This document shows positions 18,566 through 28,130 of a stretch of 32,519 nucleotides of DNA, piece by piece; position 1 is the first letter of the stretch; every line of letters starts with the position of its first letter. The DNA lies in NCBI GenBank assembly GCA_039178065.1, contig JBCDFK010000001.1:1-32519 (forward strand), read 5' to 3'. This DNA comes from Pseudomonadota bacterium (GTDB lineage: Bacteria; Pseudomonadota; Alphaproteobacteria; Rhizobiales; Rhizobiaceae). The notes beneath the pieces were generated by a model. That model worked only from the letters and a program-made list of their open reading frames with translations, ran no database searches and was not told the DNA's origin. The translations under genes and the position numbers were made by a program.

Positions 18566-21500
18566 CTACTCTGCCGCCAATGCCAATGGTATTGGCGCAC
18601 CGGTATCATTTGCAGATTGATGGACCAAAATTGGAGACTGTTCACTACGAACGCTCTTCGTCTTTCTTTGAATAAGTGCATACATTGGCGGTGTGAAGTA
18701 GAATGAAATCACCGTAGATAGAAGAACGCCACCGGCAACCGCCATTGCGAATGGTGGCCAGAAACCGCCACCTGCAAGAATAAGCGGCAGAAATCCACCA
18801 AATGTTGTCACTGTCGTCGATACAATATGGCGGCTCGAACCCATCACGACATCGACCATCGCATCGCGATCGCCAGCGCTAGCAGCTTCATCTTCTTGCA
18901 TCCCTGTCATGATGATGATTGCGGCATTTATTGAAACACCAATCGAGCCAATCACGCCGATGATTGCATTGATGCCAAACGGAAACTGGAAAATTGCCAG
19001 AGACAAAATGGAAAGGCCTGCGGAAAGAACGCAAACAATTAGTGCTACCACCGAAAGACGGAACGAATTGAATGTCATAACAACCGTTGCGATGGTTAAA
19101 GTTACAATCAATCCAATCGAAGCAAGCAGGTTATTAAGTGTGTTTGAGCGTGCATCGGCATCACCGCCAATTTCGAGCCGGTAACCGGTAGGCAAATCTA
19201 TGGGATTATCGCTGAGAGAAGCCTGGACAGCCTTCAATGCTTCTTCGGGTAAAACACTTCGCAGAGTAAAGCCCTGCACCGTATTTACACGTTCGCCATT
19301 GCGACGATTAATTGAGCTGTCACTTGGCAACAATGATATGTCAGCGATTGCCGACAAGGGTATGGCGGAGAAGGATCCAGCTAGAGCTAATTCGGTTGTC
19401 TGTGCCGAAATGATCGACATATCGCGAATGGCATCAAGATCGCCACGTAATCCATCACCCAAGCGCACGCGTACGGGTAGCTGTTCAGAACCTTCAACGA
19501 GCGAGCCGCCCGTCACGCCTTCAAGGCCAGCATTGAGCTGCGATGCGACGGCAGACAGATCAAGCCCAAGTGCGCGTGCTTTTGCTTCATCAACATCAAC
19601 AACGACTTTGGGCGCTCCACCCGTAGAGGTGGTTCTTGCTAACAATATGCTATCAACGGATGCAAGCCGGCTCATCAGTTCATCGCCGATTGATCGCAGC
19701 GTATCAGGATCCGATCCAACCACACGAAGTTCAACAGGCGCTGCCACAGGTGGTCCCTGAACCAAGCCGCGGACCAGTATTTGCGCTCCAAGTGCACTAT
19801 CTGCAAGCGACCTTTCTAGTCGGGCAATCAATTCCTCGGTTGCTGATGCCGAAGCGGTTGTGATCAAGGCCTGCGCATAGCCTGGCGCATTATCACGCCC
19901 TGTGGGGATGTTGTAATAAAACCCCGGCGCTGACTTTCCGATAGTCCAATATACCTGATTGATCGCTTCCTCAGCCCGCAACTTTTCGTCGAGCTTATCG
20001 ACCAATTGCTTGGTTTGTGTGATCGCAGTGCCGGGCGGCATATCGACTTCGATATAGAATTGATCGCGATCGGTGCCGGGGAAGAACTGCGCTGTCAATG
20101 ATGACATTGAAGCAAATCCCATCACTGGCAATACAAGCGAGAATGCGATCGCGCGAAACGGATTTCGCAATGCGAGCTTCAAGGTCCAAGCAAAGAAACG
20201 CGCCAAGATGCCGCCGGGAATACCAGAATTCAACATATTTGATTTCCCGGCATCCGGCATTAGCCAGCCGGCAATAGCCGGGGTGATTGTGACCGCCATT
20301 ATAAATGACCAGATCAGCATTATTACAACGGCCATGGCAATCGAACCAACAAAGTCGCCAGCCGGTCCTGGTAACAAAATCATCGGCGTGAATGCCAGTG
20401 CAGTCGTCAAAGTTGAGGCAAACAACGGTGCGACAAGACGTTGCACAGATTGAGCCACAGCATCCAACCGACTTTCGCCACCGCGAATACGCTTGGCAAC
20501 TTCATCGGTCATAACAATGCCAGCATCAACCAACAGACCCAAAGCCACGATTAGACCCGTCACCGACATCTGATGAATGGAAAGTCCCATAAAGTTCATG
20601 GTGGCGAGCGTGGCAAGCGTAACCACTGGCAAGATAATCGCCACAACCAAAGCCGCCCGAATTCCCAGAGTCAGCAGTAATACGCCGATGACCAGCATGA
20701 CTCCAATGGCCATGTTGGTGCCTACTTCCATAAGCCGGTCTGCCGTGTATCCTGATTGATCAAATATCAGCTCTAATTCTATGCCATCGGGCGTTTGAGT
20801 TCGAAAATCATTGACGACATCCCGCAGATATCCGGCCCACACATCAACCTGGAGACCTTCTTCCAATACTGCTCCAACAAGAATTGCCGCTGCCCCGTTG
20901 TGCATCGCCATCTCACCAAGCGGTGTCCGCGCGCCACGGGTAATCGTTGCAATATCAGACAGTCTAGTCGCTGTCGTTCCAACTCCTTCCCGAACAACGA
21001 CATCGCGAAGTCGGTCCAATGCCTTGATCTCGCCAGTTACTTCAAAAATCAAATCATTACTGGTGTCGCGCAATCGGCCAGCCTGAACTTTTGCATCCGC
21101 TGCATTAATGGCGGCTGATATCATCGCAGGGCTCAAACCCAGCGCTGCGGATTTAGCGGGATCTAACTTCACCAAAATTTCTTCATCTGGCACGCCAAAT
21201 TGATTGACGACTTTGGTGCCAGGAATAGAGCGCATAATGTCCGCCAATTCGTCACCATAGCGTGCAGCAATGGTGAGTGGAATTTCATCATGCTTCAGCC
21301 TTAGGGCCACTACGGCCGTGTAAGCGCTAACACCATCTCCATTGAACTCCGGCGCAAGCGCGCCCGCCGGAAAATTGTTCTGTGCATCGGCCAGTGCGTC
21401 TCGGATTTCCGACCACACTTGCTCTATCCGGTCGCTTGCAAGCGTTTCTTGCAGCTCGATAGATACAATTGATATTCCCGTTCCAGATGTCGAGTTTATG

Positions 21501-21745
21501 GTATCAACTTCAGAAATTTCTTGAAGTACTTCTTCAATCTCGGCGGTGACAAGAGTCTCAACACGTTCTGGAGCAGCGCCAGGAAAACTGGTCGTCACGC
21601 TGGCGAAGAGGTTTGTGATTGTTGGATCTTCTTGGCGACCGATCGCTAAGAGCGCCGATAAGCCAGATGCGATCAGCACCATCAAAACTAAGAATACAAT
21701 GCGTGGCTGGCGATATGTGAGTGTTTGAAGAGAACCCCGCATCAT
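18566..21745 (-). CDS. RND efflux transporter permease subunit (AcrB/AcrD/AcrF family)
   Basis: 1059 aa; RQEDPTI, FPGAAPERVETLVT, GLLVDAGIV, two large periplasmic loops. Confidence 0.95.
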   Translation of the reverse strand: MMRGSLQTLTYRQPRIVFLVLMVLIASGLSALLAIGRQEDPTITNLFASVTTSFPGAAPERVETLVTAEIEEVLQEISEVDTINSTSGTGISIVSIELQETLASDRIEQVWSEIRDALADAQNNFPAGALAPEFNGDGVSAYTAVVALRLKHDEIPLTIAARYGDELADIMRSIPGTKVVNQFGVPDEEILVKLDPAKSAALGLSPAMISAAINAADAKVQAGRLRDTSNDLIFEVTGEIKALDRLRDVVVREGVGTTATRLSDIATITRGARTPLGEMAMHNGAAAILVGAVLEEGLQVDVWAGYLRDVVNDFRTQTPDGIELELIFDQSGYTADRLMEVGTNMAIGVMLVIGVLLLTLGIRAALVVAIILPVVTLATLATMNFMGLSIHQMSVTGLIVALGLLVDAGIVMTDEVAKRIRGGESRLDAVAQSVQRLVAPLFASTLTTALAFTPMILLPGPAGDFVGSIAMAVVIMLIWSFIMAVTITPAIAGWLMPDAGKSNMLNSGIPGGILARFFAWTLKLALRNPFRAIAFSLVLPVMGFASMSSLTAQFFPGTDRDQFYIEVDMPPGTAITQTKQLVDKLDEKLRAEEAINQVYWTIGKSAPGFYYNIPTGRDNAPGYAQALITTASASATEELIARLERSLADSALGAQILVRGLVQGPPVAAPVELRVVGSDPDTLRSIGDELMSRLASVDSILLARTTSTGGAPKVVVDVDEAKARALGLDLSAVASQLNAGLEGVTGGSLVEGSEQLPVRVRLGDGLRGDLDAIRDMSIISAQTTELALAGSFSAIPLSAIADISLLPSDSSINRRNGERVNTVQGFTLRSVLPEEALKAVQASLSDNPIDLPTGYRLEIGGDADARSNTLNNLLASIGLIVTLTIATVVMTFNSFRLSVVALIVCVLSAGLSILSLAIFQFPFGINAIIGVIGSIGVSINAAIIIMTGMQEDEAASAGDRDAMVDVVMGSSRHIVSTTVTTFGGFLPLILAGGGFWPPFAMAVAGGVLLSTVISFYFTPPMYALIQRKTKSVRSEQSPILVHQSANDTGAPIPLALAAE

Positions 21746-22920
21746 TGTTCAATCCTCACTACCTGACCGCCAACTATACGGTGAACACCGGTATCGATGT
21801 ATTTTGTATCGGAAGAGAATGTTCCACGCACAAATGCGCGTTGGCTGTCCGCATGGATAATCTCAACCGCTTCCAGTGCGACGGTTGTCGGTTCCCCTTG
21901 CTTTATGGTTTTTATCGTCCACAGGCCGCGAACACCGTCTTCAATCGCCGTAAGTGGAACCCAACTGCCATTCTCAGCTATGGTTTCTCGAACCACCGCT
22001 TCGCCTGTCATTCCAAAGGCCAAATCAACCCCAGCAACAAGTCGCGCACGCACAATGCGCGTTCTTGTTACGGGATCGATCTGCGGGAGGATGGCAATAA
22101 TTTCCGCAGCGTGTTGTTCGCCGTCAAGCGCTACGTCGATCGTGCTGCCGATATTGAGTTGATCAACGAGACCAGGAGCAACGCCCACGCGAAATACCGG
22201 CAACCCATCATTGACCAAAGTAAGTACAGCTTGTGTCGCGCCTACAATACTGCCTGGATCGAACAACCGAGCGTTTACGACACCGTCAAATGGTGCCTTG
22301 ATTTCGGTCTTTTCCAACCGAATTTCCGCGGCCAAAATAGATGCATCAAGTTCTGCGAGTTTGGCTTCAAGTTCTACAAGCGAAAGTCGTGATTGATCAG
22401 CAACTTGCCCAGTTGCAAAACCTTTCTTTTTGAGTGCAGCTTGCCTTTCATTGGTCAATCTCGCCAATTCGATCTGCGCTTCTAGAGCTCTTTTTGATGC
22501 ATTCAAACGATCAAGGTCTGCAGTAAGGAGGCGATCATCAAGCCGCGCGAGAACTTCACCTTCTGATACGGCGTCACCTTCATCAACAAAGACTTCGTTT
22601 AGCGTTCCGCCCTGCTCGAACGAAACATCAGCAGATTGTGGCGCTTCGATTTGACCCGCAAATTTACGATCAACGGTGTAACCATTGGACGGAACAATTT
22701 GCGCAACAGATACACCAATTATCTCGGTTGGCGCAGGCTTTTCAACCGCTGCGGCCCTACTAGCGATAAGTGTTGAACCCTGCCAAACAGCCGCTCCCGA
22801 GAGTACTATGACTCCGGCTGTAATCGTTAGAGTCGCCACGCCCGTTGCAAGTTTTCGAACTAGTGACTTTGGTTTTTTTTGATCCATCATCGCTTTTGCC
22901 TTGCTTGAATCCAATTTCAA
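21742..22920 (-). CDS. RND periplasmic adaptor (membrane fusion protein)
   Basis: N-terminal TM helix, lipoyl motifs VDEGDAVSEGEVLARLD and IKAPFDGVV; ATGA overlap with the RND gene; start may be ATG 22890. Confidence 0.93.
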   Translation of the reverse strand: MKLDSSKAKAMMDQKKPKSLVRKLATGVATLTITAGVIVLSGAAVWQGSTLIASRAAAVEKPAPTEIIGVSVAQIVPSNGYTVDRKFAGQIEAPQSADVSFEQGGTLNEVFVDEGDAVSEGEVLARLDDRLLTADLDRLNASKRALEAQIELARLTNERQAALKKKGFATGQVADQSRLSLVELEAKLAELDASILAAEIRLEKTEIKAPFDGVVNARLFDPGSIVGATQAVLTLVNDGLPVFRVGVAPGLVDQLNIGSTIDVALDGEQHAAEIIAILPQIDPVTRTRIVRARLVAGVDLAFGMTGEAVVRETIAENGSWVPLTAIEDGVRGLWTIKTIKQGEPTTVALEAVEIIHADSQRAFVRGTFSSDTKYIDTGVHRIVGGQVVRIEQ

Positions 22921-22928
22921 TTTCGACT

Positions 22929-22994
22929 ATGTAAGTGCTATAAACATATGTAAGTGTCGCTTACTTTGTCAAGTCATGTTAGTGATACTTACTT
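22929..22994. promoter_or_regulatory. three tandem 19-bp palindromic TetR operators
   Basis: ATGTAAGTGCTATAAACAT (22929-22947), ATGTAAGTGTCGCTTACTT (22948-22966), ATGTTAGTGATACTTACTT (22976-22994). Confidence 0.75.
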
Positions 22995-23003
22995 TAAACG
23001 CGA

Positions 23004-23663
23004 TTGGATCACCGATTGACCGAACTTTCTGGAATCGATGAAAAAGAAATTACTGAAAAGTCTGGGTACCATCACGGAGACCTGCGCGCACAACTGCTCA
23101 ATGCGGTGCGATTGCTGGTTGAAGAAAAAGGTGCGGAGAACTTTTCGATCGCTGAGGCAGCTCGAAAAGCTGGTGTTAGTAGCGCCGCGCCGTATCGACA
23201 TTTCAAAGACAAGCCACAAATTCTGAAAGCACTCGTATTGGAAACAATGGGAGGCATGGCCGCCAGAATGCAGGAGGCTATTGCACCCTATCCAGTTGGT
23301 TCGATCGAAAGAGTAAACGCGCTGGGCGCCTGCTATATTAGATTTGCGCGCGAGCATCCCGGCATGTTTAGACTGGTGTTCGGAATTTCAGAAAGTCACG
23401 ATGGCGATGAAGATCTGGGCGGCCGCGGCCAGCAAGTGTTTGGTATCGTGATCAAAGCGGTTGCAGATTATCTTGGTGTGGACGCAGAGAGCGAGGAAGC
23501 TACGCGCCGCGCCTATATGCTTTGGACGGTCGTACATGGACACTCTTGGCTCACCATTGATGGCAAGGCAAAAATGAAAGGTATCGAAGTTGATGAAACA
23601 CAGTTCCTTAGCGATATATCCGACGGCCTCATCGTTTCATTGCGCAACCAAGACATGACCTAG
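23004..23663 (+). CDS. TetR/AcrR family regulator (WHG-type C-terminus)
   Basis: YHHGDLR...ARKAGVSSAAPYRHFKDK, WTVVHG; divergent from the efflux operon. Confidence 0.93.
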   Translation: MDHRLTELSGIDEKEITEKSGYHHGDLRAQLLNAVRLLVEEKGAENFSIAEAARKAGVSSAAPYRHFKDKPQILKALVLETMGGMAARMQEAIAPYPVGSIERVNALGACYIRFAREHPGMFRLVFGISESHDGDEDLGGRGQQVFGIVIKAVADYLGVDAESEEATRRAYMLWTVVHGHSWLTIDGKAKMKGIEVDETQFLSDISDGLIVSLRNQDMT

Positions 23664-23749
23664 CTGGTCGTGACACACGAGCCCAAATGTGGCACCGTTC
23701 AGAAATGTTTTGCACGTCTGCAGGCCACAATCCACATGCAGCAATCTGA

Positions 23750-24077
23750 ATGACCTCGATAGCCATCATTCTCGGCGTTCTCGGCTCCCTACTTCTATAT
23801 CACCTTGCAACGTCTTTCGCGGCGGTTGACTGTTCCAACTCGTAGCCTTTCAGCCGCGGTAAACAGAACCAGAGGCATGAACCTATCGCAGTATGTAAAC
23901 CAATTTCGCTTAGCGCATGCCGCCCGTCTGCTGACAGATACCGATGAAAGCGTTACTGCCATTTCGTTAGGTTCGGGCTTCATGGCGCGATCCAACTTTT
24001 ACCGTGAATTCCAACGCGTCTACAAACAATCTCCAATTGAATACAGAGAAACAACAAAGCAGATATCTGACAATTGA
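23750..24077 (+). pseudogene. truncated AraC-family regulator
   Basis: only the C-terminal HTH remains (23805-24077: LSAAVN...SQYVNQFRL...SGFMARSNFYREFQR) with an in-frame stop just upstream; an out-of-frame hydrophobic N-terminus starts at ATG 23750. Confidence 0.75.
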
Positions 24078-24126
24078 TTGCCGTCTAAAGAAGGAAAAGG
24101 CTTTTGCTTGAACCCAAAGCAGTCAG

Positions 24127-25062
24127 CTATTCTTTTCCAGTCCTATATGAGATGGATCTGTCACTCAAGTGCTCGAGCAGCCATTCGCTGAAGCGCGCAC
24201 ACAAGGTGGTGTATCTTGCTTCATGCCATAACAAGCGATGCCGAAATTCAGTAACGTGATCCCCGATTCCAGGCAGAAGTTGAATCAGCGTACCTGATGC
24301 GAGTTCACTGGAGATGAAGGTGCGATTTACCAGCGCTACGCCCTGACCTGTTGATGCCGCACGTATCGCATGACCTTCTACCGTGACCCTGATCTGTGCA
24401 TTAACATCACTGGCAGGCAATCCGCGATTTGCAAACCAAGTCCGCCAGCGCGGACTGAATGATTTCTCCACCTGCCAGTCTGTCTCAATTAAGGGAAGCG
24501 ACACAAGTTGGTCAGCGGTTTGAATTTTCACCTGTCGAGAAAGGAAATCAGGAGAGGCCACCGGGACATAGACATCTTGAGTAAGCAAACGGGATTTGAG
24601 ACCGTGGTCTTTTCCCCGCCCAAATCGGATGAACAGATCAATATCATCGTCTTCAGGGTTCAAGCGCCTATCAGTTGAAATGATACGCACGTCATGTCCA
24701 GGATTGCTTTGGAGAAACTCTGGAAGATTAGGCAACAGACACGTCTCAGCAAATGTATTGGTGGTGCTGACATTCAACACACGGTTCGACTGTTTTTGAT
24801 CCAAACGTAAGATACCTGCTCGGATTATGCTTAGCCCGTCTGCCACATCCGCCAATAAGGCTTTGCCAGATTCTGTCATTTCGATTTGGCGAACTTTGCG
24901 TACGAACAATGGAGTGCCTAATTGAGCTTCGAGACTGCGTATTCGCTGGCCAATGGCTGCCGGTGTGACATTAAGTTCAGTCGCCGCTGCCTTAAAGCTA
25001 AGTTGACGCCCCGCCGCTTCAAACGCGCGCAGGTGATCGAGAGATGGCAGTGAACGGCTCAT
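24127..25062 (-). CDS. LysR-family regulator (GcvA-like)
   Basis: LPSLDHLRAFEAAGRQLSFKAAATELNVTPAAIGQRIRSLE; GQGVAL. Confidence 0.93.
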   Translation of the reverse strand: MSRSLPSLDHLRAFEAAGRQLSFKAAATELNVTPAAIGQRIRSLEAQLGTPLFVRKVRQIEMTESGKALLADVADGLSIIRAGILRLDQKQSNRVLNVSTTNTFAETCLLPNLPEFLQSNPGHDVRIISTDRRLNPEDDDIDLFIRFGRGKDHGLKSRLLTQDVYVPVASPDFLSRQVKIQTADQLVSLPLIETDWQVEKSFSPRWRTWFANRGLPASDVNAQIRVTVEGHAIRAASTGQGVALVNRTFISSELASGTLIQLLPGIGDHVTEFRHRLLWHEARYTTLCARFSEWLLEHLSDRSISYRTGKE

Positions 25063-25071
25063 TCGCTCTTA

Positions 25072-25086
25072 GTAAAGAATATCTAT
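25072..25086. promoter_or_regulatory. putative LysR T-N11-A recognition site
   Basis: GTAA-N7-CTAT next to the LysR start in the divergent promoter. Confidence 0.4.
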
Positions 25087-25166
25087 CTTATTGGCAATCA
25101 AAGGATCGTTTGTCGCGGCACTTATGGACGCCTAAATTGGCGAAAAACTAGTCTGAGGATGCAGAA

Positions 25167-25952
25167 GTGTTCGCTAAGTTGACGTTTGCAAAAAAGTGTA
25201 GCGTAAAGCCCAAATACATTATGCAGCCTAGAGGCGTGGCCGCGGTCCGCGTTGGCAAGTTCCATACGCAAGTTGTCGAAATTCGAAACGCGCGCGCACA
25301 AAAACACGCCATGACGCTGGATGAAAATGGGTTCCAACTCATGCGCCATAGGCTAGAAGTTCCCAGTGATCTCACCGATGAACAAGTCAGCGAGACGCTA
25401 GCTTTGACAGTTGAAAACTATCTTATAAATAAGCTAGGCGCGTTACAGGTCAGACTTTTTGATCACACAGTGCGCAGCAGCTCACCGGATTCTGCATCGC
25501 GCGGTACCGCCAACCATGTGCACAATGATTTCACTGAGAAGTCATTTCACGAGAGGCTGTCAACGCTAGATCTGGATAATTTAGGCAAGCGTGCCGTTCA
25601 GCTGAATCTCTGGATCCCCTTAACTGAACCTGTGGTCACCGCTCCACTTACCATCTTGGATGGCACTAGCCTATTGACGGATGACTTAATCGCTTGCGAC
25701 CTGGAATATCCTGATCGTATGGGCGAGATTCATGAACTTGCTTACAATCCGTTACAGCTTTGGTACTACTATCCCGCGATGTTAATGAACGAGGCCCTGT
25801 TGTTTAAAGGCTACGACACTATGACAGATGGACGCGTTCGATATGCGCCACACTCTGCCTTCAAGCACCCAGAAGAAGGGCCTCACTCACCAATTCGTCG
25901 CAGTATCGAGTTTCGCGCAATTGCTACTTTCATGGATAAGGGCTCGTCATGA
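25167..25952 (+). CDS. CmcJ/NvfI-family oxidoreductase (non-heme Fe, asaB-like)
   Basis: TLDENGFQL, FDHTVR, HVHNDFT (HxD), NLWIPL, WYYYPAM, LLFKGYD, PHSAF, RRSIEFRA. Confidence 0.8.
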   Translation: MFAKLTFAKKCSVKPKYIMQPRGVAAVRVGKFHTQVVEIRNARAQKHAMTLDENGFQLMRHRLEVPSDLTDEQVSETLALTVENYLINKLGALQVRLFDHTVRSSSPDSASRGTANHVHNDFTEKSFHERLSTLDLDNLGKRAVQLNLWIPLTEPVVTAPLTILDGTSLLTDDLIACDLEYPDRMGEIHELAYNPLQLWYYYPAMLMNEALLFKGYDTMTDGRVRYAPHSAFKHPEEGPHSPIRRSIEFRAIATFMDKGSS

Positions 25953-26344
25953 AAATTCATAAAGGTGGATGTCTGTGCGGTGAAATTTCATACGAGGTCG
26001 CCGGGCAGTTACGAGACGTGGTCGCATGCCATTGCCACCAGTGCCGAAAAACAAGTGGGCACTACGTGGCAGCAACATCGTGTGAAACGCAAAATTTAAA
26101 GATAGTTGGAGAGCCGACTTGGTTCACATCATCTCTCAAGGCGAGGCGCGGTTTTTGCGGAACTTGCGGAAGCAATCTGTTCTGGCAACCAGGCAACAGA
26201 AAAAGGACGTCGATATTCGCAGGTACTCTCGATAGCGATTCAGGGATCAAGATGGCAAGCCAGATACACATTGAAACCAAAGGATCCTACTATGACTTGC
26301 CTGATGTACCGATCGGCAAACAAGAGCCGATTGAGGAAGATTGA
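25949..26344 (+). CDS. GFA-family (Mss4-like Zn) protein
   Basis: GGCLCG, CHCHQCRK, RGFCGTCGSNLFW; ATGA overlap with the upstream gene. Confidence 0.9.
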   Translation: MKIHKGGCLCGEISYEVAGQLRDVVACHCHQCRKTSGHYVAATSCETQNLKIVGEPTWFTSSLKARRGFCGTCGSNLFWQPGNRKRTSIFAGTLDSDSGIKMASQIHIETKGSYYDLPDVPIGKQEPIEED

Positions 26345-26350
26345 GGTCAG

Positions 26351-26644
26351 ATGATGATTACAAGAATTTATCGCGTTCAAATCAAGCCAGAATTGAGGGC
26401 AGAGTTTGAGCCATTATTCAGAACCGTGGCATTAGCATCAGTGAAAAATGCGCCTGGCTGCAAGGATGCACAACTTGGTTGGCCTGTTGCCGCAAGTCCG
26501 GATGAATATGCCGTTACAAGCCAATGGGACAAGGAAGAAAGTCTGATAGCGTTTGTTGGTGAAGACTGGACACGACCTCATATACCTGACGATATGGAAC
26601 GGTTCGTCGAAAAATGTTGGGTTCACCATTTCTCATCGTTGTAG
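26351..26644 (+). CDS. antibiotic biosynthesis monooxygenase (ABM) family protein
   Basis: APGC...EYAVTSQWDKEESLIAFVGEDW. Confidence 0.8.
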   Translation: MMITRIYRVQIKPELRAEFEPLFRTVALASVKNAPGCKDAQLGWPVAASPDEYAVTSQWDKEESLIAFVGEDWTRPHIPDDMERFVEKCWVHHFSSL

Positions 26645-26658
26645 AGACTCCACTGAGC

Positions 26659-27189
26659 ATGGTGACCGCTCCAATTCTGACAACTGACCGGCTCTTGCTT
26701 CGTGGACATAAGGCCAGCGACTTTAAAGACGTACATGAACTTTGGAGCGATCCTGCGGTGGTTGAATACATCACGGGCAAACCAGCGATCGAATCTGAAA
26801 GTTGGGCGCGGCTTCTACGTTACGTTGGCCATTGGAACGTGGCAGGCTATGGCTATTGGGTGGTCGAGGATCGTGAAAATGGACAGTTTTTTGGAGAAGT
26901 GGGTTTTGCCGACCATCGACGTGATGTTCAACCGTCGTTCGGCGGAAAACCAGAAGCGGGCTGGGTCATGGCGCTTCACGCACAAGGTCGTGGACTGGCA
27001 ACAGAGGCCGTCCAAGCTGCACTGGGTTGGGCGGATCAAAATCTTGAAGCGGAGCGGACTGTCTGCATGATCGTGCCGAAACATATTGCCTCTTGCCGCC
27101 TTGCATCACGGGTCGGTTTTAAGGCCTCAGGCAAAGCCAACTTTTGTGGTGACACGGTCGCCATATACGAAAGAGCCGCTGCGCGTTGA
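26659..27189 (+). CDS. GNAT N-acetyltransferase (RimJ/RimL type)
   Basis: LTTDRLLLR, GYGYWVV, PEAGW...QGRGLATEA; ATG 26659 preferred over 26614. Confidence 0.9.
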   Translation: MVTAPILTTDRLLLRGHKASDFKDVHELWSDPAVVEYITGKPAIESESWARLLRYVGHWNVAGYGYWVVEDRENGQFFGEVGFADHRRDVQPSFGGKPEAGWVMALHAQGRGLATEAVQAALGWADQNLEAERTVCMIVPKHIASCRLASRVGFKASGKANFCGDTVAIYERAAAR

Positions 27190-27391
27190 CCTGCATGGTT
27201 GGAGATCTGCTGAGACGAGACCACGCAATTCACGCGTTCATCGCGATGTGGAAAAAATTCGTGGACTAGATGACTGTGGTTGCAGTCATTTGCGAACTGG
27301 TCTGCGAGGTTCGCCTGACACAAGGGAAGCTCAAAGAGGCAAGGACTGCCCTGGTTGATCCGCTTCGTCTCAATAATTTTTCCAAGCGCGT

Positions 27392-27418
27392 GAATAATTC
27401 GCTTTGTCGATGCGTAGT
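27392..27418 (+). promoter_or_regulatory. ECF sigma promoter of the TPR gene
   Basis: GAATAATTCGCTTTGTCGATGCGTAGT; same spacing as the copies at 28131 and 29706. Confidence 0.8.
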
Positions 27419-27451
27419 TATCAGTGACGAGCAACAACAAAGGATACTCTC

Positions 27452-27979
27452 ATGAAACTCTCAACTCTTATCTCAGCAGCACTGATCGGACTTTCAATTC
27501 CTACTTATGCATATGCGGTCGGTAGCGGTGACGATTCTTCAGCAGCAAAAACAGCCACCAAATGTGAAGCTGGCGAAATTTACGACAAGAAACTAGAAAA
27601 GTGCGTTGTATTGAAAAGCGCTACTGATGACGCTCTATACGAAAATGCCATGGGTCTGGCATATCGCGGCGAATACCAAACAGCTATTGACTTGCTTAGC
27701 GTTGTCAAAAATCAGGATGACCCACGCGTGCTGAACTATATGGGCTTCACACATCGTAAGCTGGGCATGAACGATGAAGCGATGGACTACTATGCCCGTG
27801 CACTGGATATCAATCCTGATTACATTCTTGCTCGCAGCTATATGGGCCAAGGCCTCGTCTCTGATGGTGATCTTGCCGGCGCAAAGGCGCAGCTTACTGA
27901 AATTAGTGCACGTGGCGGCGAAGGCAGCTGGGCGTATCGGATGCTCGACAACGCCATCACTTCAGGAATGACATTCTAA
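27452..27979 (+). CDS. exported tetratricopeptide-repeat protein
   Basis: Sec signal peptide (AYA), Cys pair CEAGEIYDKKLEKC, TPR motifs VLNYMGFTHRKLG...AMDYYARALDINPDY; AAGGA RBS. Confidence 0.88.
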   Translation: MKLSTLISAALIGLSIPTYAYAVGSGDDSSAAKTATKCEAGEIYDKKLEKCVVLKSATDDALYENAMGLAYRGEYQTAIDLLSVVKNQDDPRVLNYMGFTHRKLGMNDEAMDYYARALDINPDYILARSYMGQGLVSDGDLAGAKAQLTEISARGGEGSWAYRMLDNAITSGMTF

Positions 27980-28012
27980 ATAGCTTCCTCGGCATTTAAG
28001 ACCTATTGAGTA

Positions 28013-28044
28013 TGGCGCTGCTGGTTTACAAGCCTGCAGCGCCA
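28013..28044 (+). terminator. stem-loop after the TPR gene
   Basis: TGGCGCTGC...GCAGCGCCA, a perfect 9-bp stem. Confidence 0.6.
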
Positions 28045-28130
28045 CAAAATTGTGTTGTAATTTTTGCAAATCTTAGGTCAGAAAACGACGTCCACAGCCC
28101 ATATTTTCAAGTCGTTTTCATTGTCTGAAT

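Noticed and set aside
27322-27352. AGGGAAG...GGACTGCCC resembling a cobalamin riboswitch core
   Set aside because: Lacks the CCGCAACTGT continuation and B12 box, and lies upstream of the downstream gene's predicted promoter.
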